A stretch of DNA of 64,000 nucleotides from an uncultured candidatus Brocadiaceae bacterium. GTDB lineage: Bacteria; Planctomycetota; UBA1135; UBA2386. The position numbers were made by a program, and so were the translations under genes. The notes under the pieces were generated by a model that searched no databases, was not told where the DNA came from, and saw nothing but the letters and a program-made list of their open reading frames with translations. Positions 1 through 9,033 of this stretch are shown here, in pieces (position 1 is the stretch's first letter; each line of letters begins with the position of its first letter). The DNA lies in the NCBI GenBank assembly GCA_964543795.1, contig CAZIZN010000004.1:83988-147987 (forward strand). The letters run 5' to 3'.

Positions 1-663
1 ATCGTCGTCGTCGACAACAACTGCAAGGACCGCACCGCGGAGTTCGCGGCGGCCGCCGGGGCGCGCGTCGTCAAGGAGTCGCGCCCCGGCTACGGCGCCG
101 CACTGCTGGCCGGCATGGACGCCGCCAAGGGCGACATCCTGGTGCTCGTCGAAGCCGACGGCAGCTTCCGGGCGCGCGACGTGGAGAAGCTGCTCGTCTA
201 CCTCGGGGACGCCGGCATGGTGATGGGCACACGCACGACGCGCCAGATGCTCGAACAGGGCGCGAACATGCGGTTCCTCTTGCGCTGGGGCAACGTGTTC
301 ATGGCCAAGTTCCTGCAGCTGTGCTGGCTGCGCCCGCACGAACCGCGCTTCACCGACGTCGGCTGCACCTTCCGCGCGCTCACGCGCGAGACCTTCCAGA
401 AGATCCGCCCGCGGTTGTCCCAGACCGGGCCGGCCTTCTCGCCGGAGATGATGTGCGCGGCACTGATGGAACGCTGCCGCATCATCGAGATCCCGGTGAC
501 CTACTCGCGCCGCATCGGCGGCGAGTCGAAGCACTCCGACACGTTCGCGCGGCAGGCGCGTACGGCGTGGAAGATGTGGAAGACGATCTGCACCAAACGC
601 TTCCTCGAGCGCTCGCGCCCCGTCTCGGAAGGAGACGATGCCGACCGCGTCGGGCGGCGGTAG
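1..663 (+). CDS. Family-2 glycosyltransferase (DPM1/GtrB-like), 5' end outside window
   Basis: Frame 1 is open from base 1 (IVVVDNNCKDRTAEFAAAAG...) and runs into listed ORF 115..663. GT-A motifs VVDNNxxD and LVEADGS are present. C-terminal part RIIEIPVTYSRRIGGESK is typical of polyprenol-phosphate sugar transferases. Confidence 0.8.
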   Translation: MVVVDNNCKDRTAEFAAAAGARVVKESRPGYGAALLAGMDAAKGDILVLVEADGSFRARDVEKLLVYLGDAGMVMGTRTTRQMLEQGANMRFLLRWGNVFMAKFLQLCWLRPHEPRFTDVGCTFRALTRETFQKIRPRLSQTGPAFSPEMMCAALMERCRIIEIPVTYSRRIGGESKHSDTFARQARTAWKMWKTICTKRFLERSRPVSEGDDADRVGRR

Positions 664-728
664 ACTGCTGCGCCGAAAATGCGCTCGCCGGCCACGATCG
701 ACCCGCTGCCCGCCGCGGAGGGCTGCTG

Positions 729-1673
729 ATGCAGACTCCCGCGTCGGCACGCCCGCACCCGCTGTCGGCCGAAGCGCTCGCGCACACGGCACCGGTCGAC
801 GTGTGCCAGCTGTGCGGCAGCCGCCGCCGCAGCACGATGTTCGAGGACCCGCCGTTCACGGTCGTGCGGTGCAGCGACTGCGGCCTCGTCTACGTGACGC
901 CGCGGCTGGTCGGCGAGGCGCTGCTCGAGGTCTACAACGAGGACTACTGGAAGAGCGACAACCCCAAGGTGCGCGGCTACGCCGACTACGCGCGCGAGGC
1001 CGTGCTCTACCTCAAGACCTTCGAGAAGCGCATGGCGCTGGTGCAGCGCTGGCTGCCGCAGCCCGCGCGCGTACTCGACGTCGGCTGCGCCGCCGGCTAC
1101 TTCCTGCGGGTCCTGCAGCGCCGCGGCCACGACGTGCACGGCGTCGAGCTGTCCCCGGCGATCGCCAAGGAGGCCGTGTCCCACCTCGGTTCCGAGCGGG
1201 TCCACGTCGGCACGCTCGACGACGCGGTGGCGGCGATGGACTACAAGCCGCAGTCGTTCGACCTCGTCACGCTGTGGGACGTGATCGAGCACGTGCCCGA
1301 CCCGCAGTCGGTGCTGCGGCGCGTGCGCGAGCTCGTCAAGCCCGGCGGGCACCTGCTGCTCGAGACCCAGAACGTGGCATCGCGCTGGGCGCGGCTGCTG
1401 GGCCGCCGCTGGCACCACTACAAGCACCACGAGCACCTCTACCACTTCACGCCGGCGACGATCCGGCGCCTGCTCGACGACTGCGGCTTCCGCACGCTCG
1501 AGGTGGGCAGCGCCTACGCGGGCAAGTACGTGTCCTTCGCCTTCCTCGCGGAACGCGCGGGTCGTCTCGGCAGGATCCCGGGCCTGCTCGCGCGGCCGTT
1601 CGGACTGCTCCGGGGAGCCAACCTCTACGTGAACCCGCACGACGAGATCATCGTCGTCGCCGCCGTCCGCTGA
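729..1673 (+). CDS. Class I SAM-dependent methyltransferase with N-terminal zinc ribbon
   Basis: ATG at 729 lies inside ORF 321..1673; the upstream part is an Arg/Pro-rich shadow. It has CQLCGS...CSDCGL (CxxC...CxxC), SAM motif I VLDVGCAAGYF, DLVTLWDVIEHVPDP and KPGGHLLLE. Confidence 0.8.
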   Translation: MQTPASARPHPLSAEALAHTAPVDVCQLCGSRRRSTMFEDPPFTVVRCSDCGLVYVTPRLVGEALLEVYNEDYWKSDNPKVRGYADYAREAVLYLKTFEKRMALVQRWLPQPARVLDVGCAAGYFLRVLQRRGHDVHGVELSPAIAKEAVSHLGSERVHVGTLDDAVAAMDYKPQSFDLVTLWDVIEHVPDPQSVLRRVRELVKPGGHLLLETQNVASRWARLLGRRWHHYKHHEHLYHFTPATIRRLLDDCGFRTLEVGSAYAGKYVSFAFLAERAGRLGRIPGLLARPFGLLRGANLYVNPHDEIIVVAAVR

Positions 1674-1680
1674 CGCGCCG

Positions 1681-2436
1681 ATGGACCGCGCCGCCTACGA
1701 GACCTTCGCGCGCCTCGAACACGACCACTTCTGGTTCGTGAGCCGGCGCCGCATCTTCTTCGACCTGCTCGACCGCGAGTTCGCCGGCGAGCCCGGCCGG
1801 CCGCGCGACGTGCTGGAGGTCGGCTGCGGTGCCGGCGGCATGCTCGGGCCGTTGTCGCGATACGGTCCCGTGACCGGGATCGACATCGACCACGAGTACG
1901 TCGCCTTCTGCAAGGAGCGCGGCTTCGCCCGCGTGCTCTGCGGATCGGGCTACGAGCTGCCGTTCGCGGACGCCTGCTTCGATCTCGTGTGCCTGTTCGA
2001 CACGATGGAGCACATCCCCGACGACGTGCAGGCACTGCGCGAGGTGCGGCGCGTGCTGCGCCCGGGCGGACGGGTGTTCGTGTCCGTGCCGGCCTACCAG
2101 TGGCTCTGGTCGCAGAACGACCGCATCGCCCACCACTGTCGTCGCTACACGACCACGCGGCTGCGCCGCGCCATGACGGCGGCCGGCCTCGAGGTCCAAC
2201 GCGCCAGCTACTTCAACAGCCTGCTGCTGCCGCTGATCGTGCCCGCGGTCTTCTGGCAGAAGCTGCGCGAGCGACTCGGGCTGCTGCCGCCGGGGTTCAA
2301 CAACATGAGCGTCGCGCTGCCGAAGCCCGTCAACCGCCTGTTCACCGCGGTGATGTCGAGCGAGATGCGGCCGCTGCGGCGAATCGACCTGCCGTTCGGC
2401 CACTCGGCGTTCGCGCTGGCGCGACGAGCCGAGTGA
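1681..2436 (+). CDS. Class I SAM-dependent methyltransferase
   Basis: ATG at 1681. SAM motif I VLEVGCGAGGM, then DLVCLFDTMEHIPDD and RPGGRVFVSVP. It starts 8 nt after the preceding methyltransferase. Confidence 0.8.
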   Translation: MDRAAYETFARLEHDHFWFVSRRRIFFDLLDREFAGEPGRPRDVLEVGCGAGGMLGPLSRYGPVTGIDIDHEYVAFCKERGFARVLCGSGYELPFADACFDLVCLFDTMEHIPDDVQALREVRRVLRPGGRVFVSVPAYQWLWSQNDRIAHHCRRYTTTRLRRAMTAAGLEVQRASYFNSLLLPLIVPAVFWQKLRERLGLLPPGFNNMSVALPKPVNRLFTAVMSSEMRPLRRIDLPFGHSAFALARRAE

Positions 2437-2455
2437 ACGCGCGGCCGCCGGGGCC

Positions 2456-4765
2456 TCACTTCGGCGGCATCTCTTCCTGCGTGCCGACCGGGCTGTGGTA
2501 CGAGTAGCGCTTCTCGAGCGCTTCCTTCGTGAACGCCTGCTGGTAGGCCGCGTAGGCCTGCTGATCGGCGAAGCTCGCGAAGCCGTAGCCCGTGCGCAGG
2601 ATCTCGAACTCGCGGCGCGTCACGTCGTCGACGGTGAGCGGCGCCTCGGCGATGCAGGCCGCGACGTGGTAGCGGCGGTTGGTGGCGTCCTGCACGACGT
2701 CGGTGGCCTCGCCGACCTCGAGCTTCTGGTGGTTCTGCCACAGGTAGACCACCGTCGGGTCGTAGAGCTTGTCGAAGCGCGGCCGCTGCGAGAGTTCGCG
2801 CGCATACGGGCCGTGCTCCGCGACGGTGAAGCCGGCCTCGGCGGCGGCGGCGGCGAGCACCTCGCCGTAGAACTTCTTCGCCTCCTTCTGGATGTCGGCT
2901 TCGATCGCCTTGCCGACCGCGACGTCGAACTCGGCGCGCTTCTCCTCCTTGCGCGCGAGCTCCGCCTCCAGCCGCTGCAGCTTCGCCTCGTAGGCCTTGT
3001 GCGACTGCGTGCCGGGCGTGGCCTTGGCCAGGGTCAGCTTCGCGGCCTCGATGTCGGCGACGAGCTTCTGCTCCCAATCGGCGAGCTGCTTGTCGAGGTC
3101 ACCGGCCCGGCGGCCTTCGAGCTCGGCGATCTTCTCGGGCATCTTCGCCTTGGCGAGGCGCATCAACGCCTCCTCGATCGCCTTCTTCTTGGCTTCGGCC
3201 TGCTGTTTGGCCTGCTCGGTGTACCACGCGCCCTCGAGCAGCGGCTTCAGCTTGTCCCACGGCTTGAGCGGCTGGACCTCGATGTCGCCGACCTGGTAGA
3301 GGATCACGGCCTTGCTGGTGCGACCCGGCATGTTCGCGAGTGCACCTCGGTCGCGCAGGTAGTGCGCCTGCGGCACCGGCCACTCGCCGAGGCCGAGCCC
3401 ATCGCGCTCGAGGTCCTTCAACTCTTCGCCGCCGCGCTTGTCGGTGAACTCGCGCAGCACGAAGCCGGCCTTGCCGGTGGTCAGCTCGGTGAACGCCTGG
3501 TTGAAGTCGAACGTGGCGCGGCGCTGCTTGACGGCCTCCTCGCTCTCCTTGCGCGCGTTCTCCATCGCCGGCATGACCTCCTCGGCGAGCCGCAGCTCCT
3601 CCTTCGCGGCCTCGTCGTCGGGCTTCTCGGCGATCTTCTGCTTGGCGACCGTGACGGCGTTCTGCCGGGTGAAGAACTCGTCGCTGGCGCGCCGCAGCGC
3701 CTCGTTGGCCTCCTTCATCCAGTCGTTGAGGCGCTCGACGAGTTTGCCGCGCAGGAAGTTCATCACCTGCTCGGCCTGCAGCAGCTTCGTGACCTCGTTC
3801 TTGACCGCCTCGTCGGTGAGCGGCTTCCACTCGCCCTCCTTCTCGGTCTTGAAGCGGGTCGCCTTCTCCTGGTCGTAGGTCTTCTGCAGCAGTTCCTCGC
3901 CGACCGTGAAGTCCTTGAGCGCCTCGTCCTGCCACTGGGCCGGATCGAACTCGGCGAGCAGCGCGGCACCGATGCGCAGCGCGACGCGGTTGCTGTCGAA
4001 CACCTGCAGCATCATCTTCTCGGACTGCGACTTTCCGTCGAGCCACTTCCTGAGGTCCTCGTCGGTGAGGCCGCCCTTCTGCTTGAGCTCCTCCTCGAGC
4101 GCCTTCTCGTCGAAGGTGGCGACCCGCAGCGTGATCTTCTCCTTGTCCTCGAGCACCTTGGCGAGCACCTTGGCATCGGAGGTGTCGAGCGCGAGGGTCG
4201 ACAGGCGCACGAGCGTGCCGATCCGCATCGCCTCGCGCATCAGGGCGCGGTACTGCTGCAGCGACGACATGCCCTGCAGCACGGCGAGCTGGGCCGCGCT
4301 CTGCGCGCCGCTCTGGCCGAGCAGGGTGTCGATCGCTCGATCGACCTCGGCCATCGAGACGTCGATCCCCTCGGCGATCGCCGCGCGGCGCAGGATCGCC
4401 ATGACGTCGCCGAGTTCGGAGCTGCCCCCGTCGCCGACGCCCAGCCGCGGCAGCACGAGCGCGAACGCGCTCGCGTTGCGCGCGAGCTGCTCGCCGTACT
4501 GGTAGTCCTCGGTCGTCATCGCCACGCGCTCGGCGCCGACCTGGATCGTCGGCAGCGGCGAAGACCTCGCGAACACGCCCTCGACGAGCGCGATCATCGG
4601 CCCGGTGATCGAGAACGTCAGCAGCGTGAACAGGCCGGCCGTGTAGAGCAGGACCTTCTGGTGGCGGCGGAACCAGGCATAGACACCGGTGTCGATGCGG
4701 GTGTCGGCCGCGGGAGTGCTCGGCGCGGCGCCGGGAACTGGCGTGGGATCGGAGTGCGTCGCCAT
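2456..4765 (-). CDS. Membrane-anchored PpiD/SurA-N-like periplasmic chaperone-type protein (769 aa), long K/E-rich helical middle
   Basis: ATG at 4765 (MATHSDP...) lies inside ORF 2456..5047. A short cytoplasmic N-terminus precedes one TM (VLLYTAGLFTLLTFSITGPMIALV), the usual PpiD layout. No clear parvulin motif was seen, so the function is tentative. Confidence 0.55.
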   Translation of the reverse strand: MATHSDPTPVPGAAPSTPAADTRIDTGVYAWFRRHQKVLLYTAGLFTLLTFSITGPMIALVEGVFARSSPLPTIQVGAERVAMTTEDYQYGEQLARNASAFALVLPRLGVGDGGSSELGDVMAILRRAAIAEGIDVSMAEVDRAIDTLLGQSGAQSAAQLAVLQGMSSLQQYRALMREAMRIGTLVRLSTLALDTSDAKVLAKVLEDKEKITLRVATFDEKALEEELKQKGGLTDEDLRKWLDGKSQSEKMMLQVFDSNRVALRIGAALLAEFDPAQWQDEALKDFTVGEELLQKTYDQEKATRFKTEKEGEWKPLTDEAVKNEVTKLLQAEQVMNFLRGKLVERLNDWMKEANEALRRASDEFFTRQNAVTVAKQKIAEKPDDEAAKEELRLAEEVMPAMENARKESEEAVKQRRATFDFNQAFTELTTGKAGFVLREFTDKRGGEELKDLERDGLGLGEWPVPQAHYLRDRGALANMPGRTSKAVILYQVGDIEVQPLKPWDKLKPLLEGAWYTEQAKQQAEAKKKAIEEALMRLAKAKMPEKIAELEGRRAGDLDKQLADWEQKLVADIEAAKLTLAKATPGTQSHKAYEAKLQRLEAELARKEEKRAEFDVAVGKAIEADIQKEAKKFYGEVLAAAAAEAGFTVAEHGPYARELSQRPRFDKLYDPTVVYLWQNHQKLEVGEATDVVQDATNRRYHVAACIAEAPLTVDDVTRREFEILRTGYGFASFADQQAYAAYQQAFTKEALEKRYSYHSPVGTQEEMPPK

Positions 4766-4934
4766 GATTTGTGGGTGGAACAGGATACCGCCGCGCGGCC
4801 GGAAGCCGCAGCATCCGCTGCGCAAACCTGGCCGCGGGTCGCGGGCCGTCCGACCGGGCAGATCGTCCCGATGGCACGGGGACGTTCGATCGGCGCGGCG
4901 ACGTCGGGCGGGCCGACGGATCGGCGGCGGAGAC

Positions 4935-5189
4935 TCAGGCGGTCTGGAGCGGCAAGGCCTCCGCGCTGAGCAGGATCGGGATGCCGTCGCGGACCGGATA
5001 GACGAAGGTGCCGTCGGCCGTGACCAGGCCCTCCTGCAGTGGTGCATCGACCGCCGCGCCGCCGCGATTCCGCGCGGTGCCGGCCGCGATCGCGGCGTTG
5101 ACCGCAGCGAGTTCGGGCGCGGTCGCCTGGCGCAGCGGCTGGCGGGTGGCGGGGCAGACGAGCAGGGCCAGGAAGTCGGGGGCGATCAT
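4935..5189 (-). CDS. Trm112/UPF0434 family small protein
   Basis: 84 aa. Has LLVCPATRQPL and a C-terminal FVYPVRDGIPILL, as in Trm112/YcaR-like proteins. Confidence 0.7.
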   Translation of the reverse strand: MIAPDFLALLVCPATRQPLRQATAPELAAVNAAIAAGTARNRGGAAVDAPLQEGLVTADGTFVYPVRDGIPILLSAEALPLQTA

Positions 5190-5203
5190 GGATGGTGCGG
5201 AGG

Positions 5204-5279
<76 letters not shown>

Positions 5280-5356
5280 GTGGTTGCTGCGGGCCGGCGA
5301 TCAGACCGCCGCCGCGACCGGTTCGCAAGGCCCGGGACTCCGCGGCCCGCCCGCGC

Positions 5357-5926
5357 CTACTCCTCGAGGATCTCCTTCGACTTGGCCTTGAGCATCTCCT
5401 CCATCTTCTGCTCGACGGCCTTGAGCTCCTTGTCGATCGCCTCGTGCGCCTTCTTGCACTGGTCCTCGGTGAGCTTGCCGTCCTTCTTGGCCTGGTCGGT
5501 GTGCTTGATCGTGTCGCGGCGCTCGTTGCGCAGCGCGACGCGGTTCTGTTCGACGATCTCCTTGACCTTGACGACGAGCCGCTGGCGCTGCTCGCCCGAC
5601 AGCGGCGGGAGCTGCAGGCGCAGCACCTTGCCGTCGCTCTGCGGGTTGAGACCGAGGTCCGATTTCTGGATCGCACGCTCGATGTCCTTGATCACCTGCG
5701 GCGAGTTGTCGAACGGCTTGATCATCAGCTGCCGCGGCTCGGGCACCGAGATGTGCGCGATCTGCGCCAGCGGCGTCGGCGTGCCGTAGTACTCGGCGCG
5801 GATCGTGTCGACGAGCGTCGGCGAAGCGCGCCCGGTGCGGATCGAACCGAGCTGATCGCGCAGGTGCAGCAGGGTCTTGTCGGTCTTCTTCTTGAGTTCT
5901 TGCAGGAACGGGGCGATCGGGTCCAT
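5357..5926 (-). CDS. frr: Ribosome recycling factor
   Basis: 189 aa, full-length RRF-like sequence (LRDQLGSIRTGRASPTLVD..., LRLQLPPLSGEQRQRLVK...ALRNERRD). Sits in the rpsB-tsf-pyrH-frr synteny. Confidence 0.95.
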   Translation of the reverse strand: MDPIAPFLQELKKKTDKTLLHLRDQLGSIRTGRASPTLVDTIRAEYYGTPTPLAQIAHISVPEPRQLMIKPFDNSPQVIKDIERAIQKSDLGLNPQSDGKVLRLQLPPLSGEQRQRLVVKVKEIVEQNRVALRNERRDTIKHTDQAKKDGKLTEDQCKKAHEAIDKELKAVEQKMEEMLKAKSKEILEE

Positions 5927-6132
5927 CGTGGTCGGCTGGAAGGATGCCTCGGGCGCGGCCCCGAGGACGGATGCGAGGGCCGCAGGTCGTGCGCGGCACC
6001 CCGGAGTCTAGCCAAGGGAGCACCACGGCGCGCACACCTTCCTCGCGCGGCGCGGCCCAAGGCGAAGGCAGCGGACGCAGCTCCGGCAGCCGTCCGGACG
6101 AGCCGCGCTCGAGGAGCGGTCCGGTCGGTGGC

Positions 6133-6861
6133 TCAGCCGACCCAGGTGCCGATCGGTTCGCCGCGCACGGCGCGCTCCATGTTGCCCTCGACGAACATGT
6201 CGAAGACCATGATCGGCATGCGGTTCTCCATGCAGAGCGTGAAGGCCGTGCGGTCCATCACCTTGAGGTCGCGCGCCAGCGCCTCCTGGAAGGAGATGTG
6301 CTGGAACCGCGTGGCCTTGGGGTCCTGCCGCGGGTCCGCCGAGTAGACGCCGTCGACCTTGGTCGCCTTGAAGATCGCGTCGGCACCCAGCTCCGTGGCG
6401 CGCAGCGCGGCCGCGGTGTCGGTCGTGAAGTAGGGGTTGCCCGTGCCGCCGGCGAGGATCACCACGCGACCGCGTTCGAGGTGGGTGATCGCGCGGCGCC
6501 GGATGTAGGGCTCCATCAGGGTCTTCATCTCGACGGCCGACGCGGCGCGCGTCGGCACTCCGGCGCGTTCGATCGCGTCCTGCAGGGCCAGCGCGTTGAT
6601 CGCGGTCGCCAGCATGCCCATGTGGTCGGCGGCGGCGCGGTTGGTGCCGAGCTTGGCGAACTCGGCGCCGCGCAGCAGATTGCCGCCCCCCACCACAACC
6701 GCGACCTCGACCCCCAGACCGTGCACGCGCGCGATCTGCGCGGCGACGCGAGCCACCACCTGCGGCGCCACGCCGACGCCGTCGTCGCCGAGGCTCTCGC
6801 CGCTGATCTTCAGCAGGATGCGGCGGATCTGCTTGGGAGGGGCGGCGGAAGCGGTTTCCAT
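6133..6861 (-). CDS. pyrH: UMP kinase
   Basis: 242 aa. Motifs LLKISGESL, VVGGGNLLRG and GTGNPYFTTDTAAALRA. Confidence 0.95.
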   Translation of the reverse strand: METASAAPPKQIRRILLKISGESLGDDGVGVAPQVVARVAAQIARVHGLGVEVAVVVGGGNLLRGAEFAKLGTNRAAADHMGMLATAINALALQDAIERAGVPTRAASAVEMKTLMEPYIRRRAITHLERGRVVILAGGTGNPYFTTDTAAALRATELGADAIFKATKVDGVYSADPRQDPKATRFQHISFQEALARDLKVMDRTAFTLCMENRMPIMVFDMFVEGNMERAVRGEPIGTWVG

Positions 6862-6933
6862 GGCTGCTCCGGATCGGCTACGGGGATCGGTCCGCAGGCG
6901 GCGAGGCGCCCGACTCGTCGGGCGCCCGACTCG

Positions 6934-7536
6934 TCAGGCACCCAGTTCCAGGCGGACGAAGCGGCGGACCATGATGTTCTCGCCGATCTTGCCGACGAGT
7001 TCCGTGCGCACCTGTTCGACGGTCTTGCTGTCGTCGGGCACGTACGGCTTCTCCATGAGGCACTTCTCGGCGAACCACTTGTCCATCTTGCCTTCGACGG
7101 CCTTCGCGACGAACTCGGCCGGCTTGCCCTTCATGCTCTCCTGCGTCATCTCGGTGACGATGCGGCGCTCGTTGGCGATCGCCGCTTCCGACACGCTCGC
7201 GCGATCGAGCCACTCCGGCGCGTAGGCGGTCACGGTCAGCGCGACGCCGCGGCAGAAGGCCTTGAAGTCCTCGTTCATCGCCACGAAGTCGGTCTCGCAC
7301 GCGACCTCCACGAGCACGCCGACCTTGCGGTTGTGGTGCGTGTAGGAGTAGACGAGACCTTCCTTGACCTCGCGGCCCGCGGCCTTGCCCGCCAGCTGCT
7401 TGCCGCGCTTGCGCAGCACTTCCTTGGCCTTCTCGAAGTCGCCGCTCGCCTCGACGAGCGCGCTCTTGCAGTCCATCATCGGCGCGCCGGTCATCTCGCG
7501 CAGTTGCATCACCATCTTGGCATTGATCTCGGTCAT
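6934..7536 (-). CDS. tsf: Elongation factor Ts (short ~200-aa form)
   Basis: N-terminal UBA-like MQLREMTGAPMMDCKSALVEASGDFEKAKEVLRKRG, and CETDFVA. Follows rpsB. Confidence 0.9.
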   Translation of the reverse strand: MTEINAKMVMQLREMTGAPMMDCKSALVEASGDFEKAKEVLRKRGKQLAGKAAGREVKEGLVYSYTHHNRKVGVLVEVACETDFVAMNEDFKAFCRGVALTVTAYAPEWLDRASVSEAAIANERRIVTEMTQESMKGKPAEFVAKAVEGKMDKWFAEKCLMEKPYVPDDSKTVEQVRTELVGKIGENIMVRRFVRLELGA

Positions 7537-7666
7537 CGCACTTCCTCGCAGGATTCGAACAGCAGGTTGGGAACGTCGGGCCCGGTCGTGTTCGCGGCAG
7601 GGCGAACGAGCCTCGGCTCCGGGGAGGCCGCGCCCCTCGCAGCGCAGCCGTCGTCACGAGACGATC

Positions 7667-7686
7667 GCGGCGCCCGAGGGCGCCGC
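7667..7686 (-). terminator. GC-rich hairpin (8-bp stem GCGGCGCC/GGCGCCGC, 4-nt loop) 16 nt downstream of the rpsB stop; possible attenuator or terminator
   Basis: The inverted repeat was read directly. No U-tract follows. Its position between rpsB and tsf matches where attenuators occur in other bacteria. Confidence 0.3.
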
Positions 7687-7701
7687 AGGGGACGGTCGCG
7701 A

Positions 7702-8670
7702 CTACTGGGTCGCGCCGGCATCGCCCGCAGGGGCAGCGGCCGGAGCATCGACGGGCGCGTCCGGGCGATCGCTGCCGATCGACACCGAGCCCGCGTGCGC
7801 ACCACCGCCGGTGAAGCGCGAGCCGCCGGGCTCGCCGCGGCGCCCGCCGGGGCCGCCGCGGCGGCCGCCACCATCGCGTCCGCCGCGACCCTGGCCCTGA
7901 CCCTCGCTGCTGCGCCGGCCCTGGGCCTGGCGGCTGCGGACGTCCTCGCTGGCGGCGCGCTGGGCGTCGCGCAGCGTCGAATCGTCGCACTGCTGGCGGC
8001 CCTCGAGGATCGCTTCGGCAAGGCGGCCGAGGATCAGCTGCACCGAGCTCATCGCGTCGTCGTTCGCCGGGATGACGATGTCGGCCAACGACGGATCGCA
8101 GTCCGTGTCGAGCACGCACACCACCGGCACGTTCATGCGCTTGGCCTCGCGCATCGCGTTGTCCTCACGGCGCGGATCGACCACGATGAGCGCCCCGGGC
8201 AGACCGTGCAGGTCGCGCACGCCTTCCAGGTTGCGGCGGATGCGCTTCATCTCGCGGCGCATCGTCGACTGGTCCTTCTTCTTGTAGCGCTCGATGCCGC
8301 CGGAGGTCTCGAGTTGCTCGAGTTCGAGCAGGCGCGCGAGGCGCTCGCGCACGGTCGCGAAGTTCGTCAGCGTGCCGCCGATCCAGCGCTCCGTCACGGG
8401 CGGCATGTTGCAGCGCCGCGCTTCGGCCTCGACCACCTGGCGGATCTGCTTCTTCGTGCCGAGGAACATGATCTGCGCGCCCGTCGCGGCGAGGTGCCGC
8501 AGGAAGTGGGTCGCCCGGTAGAGGCCGCGGATGGTCTCCTCCAGGTTGATCACGTGGATCTTGTGCCGCTTGCCGTGGATGTACGGCTTCATCTTCGGGT
8601 TCCAACGGCTCGACTGATGGCCGTAGTGGACTCCGGCGTCGATCAATTCCTGGGCGGTTACGAGCGGCAC
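7702..8670 (-). CDS. rpsB: 30S ribosomal protein S2 with ~95-aa Arg/Gly-rich C-terminal extension
   Basis: GTG start at 8670. Motifs AGVHYGHQSSRWNPKM, FLGTKKQ and ERWIGGTLTNF. The tail is ...GQGQGRGGRDGGGRRGGPGGRRGEPGGSRF... Confidence 0.95.
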   Translation of the reverse strand: MPLVTAQELIDAGVHYGHQSSRWNPKMKPYIHGKRHKIHVINLEETIRGLYRATHFLRHLAATGAQIMFLGTKKQIRQVVEAEARRCNMPPVTERWIGGTLTNFATVRERLARLLELEQLETSGGIERYKKKDQSTMRREMKRIRRNLEGVRDLHGLPGALIVVDPRREDNAMREAKRMNVPVVCVLDTDCDPSLADIVIPANDDAMSSVQLILGRLAEAILEGRQQCDDSTLRDAQRAASEDVRSRQAQGRRSSEGQGQGRGGRDGGGRRGGPGGRRGEPGGSRFTGGGAHAGSVSIGSDRPDAPVDAPAAAPAGDAGATQ

Positions 8671-9033
8671 GTGCTGAGAGCTCCTTGCCTTCTTGGGGGT
8701 TGCCTGCGGATCGGTGAGGCTGCTGCGATGGACGGCGCGAGCGCAGGCTCGGGCGTCCCGTAAGGGGCGGAGGATTGTATGGGCGACCTCGGACTCGTCA
8801 AGGCGCTAGTGCGGGCATTCGCCGCCGGCGCACGATCGCAGCGTTGCAACGCACTGCCCGGCAACTAGAAGGTGCTGCGCCCGACGCGCCCCCGCTTCCC
8901 CGCGAGACGCCCCGCGCCCCGCCCGGTCCAACCCTTCCGCACGAACGCATCCGTGGTACTCGACCCAGCTTCCGCGCGTCGCGATCGCGACACCCCCCTT
9001 CCGAAGGTGCCGCGCCGCAGCGAGAATCCGACG

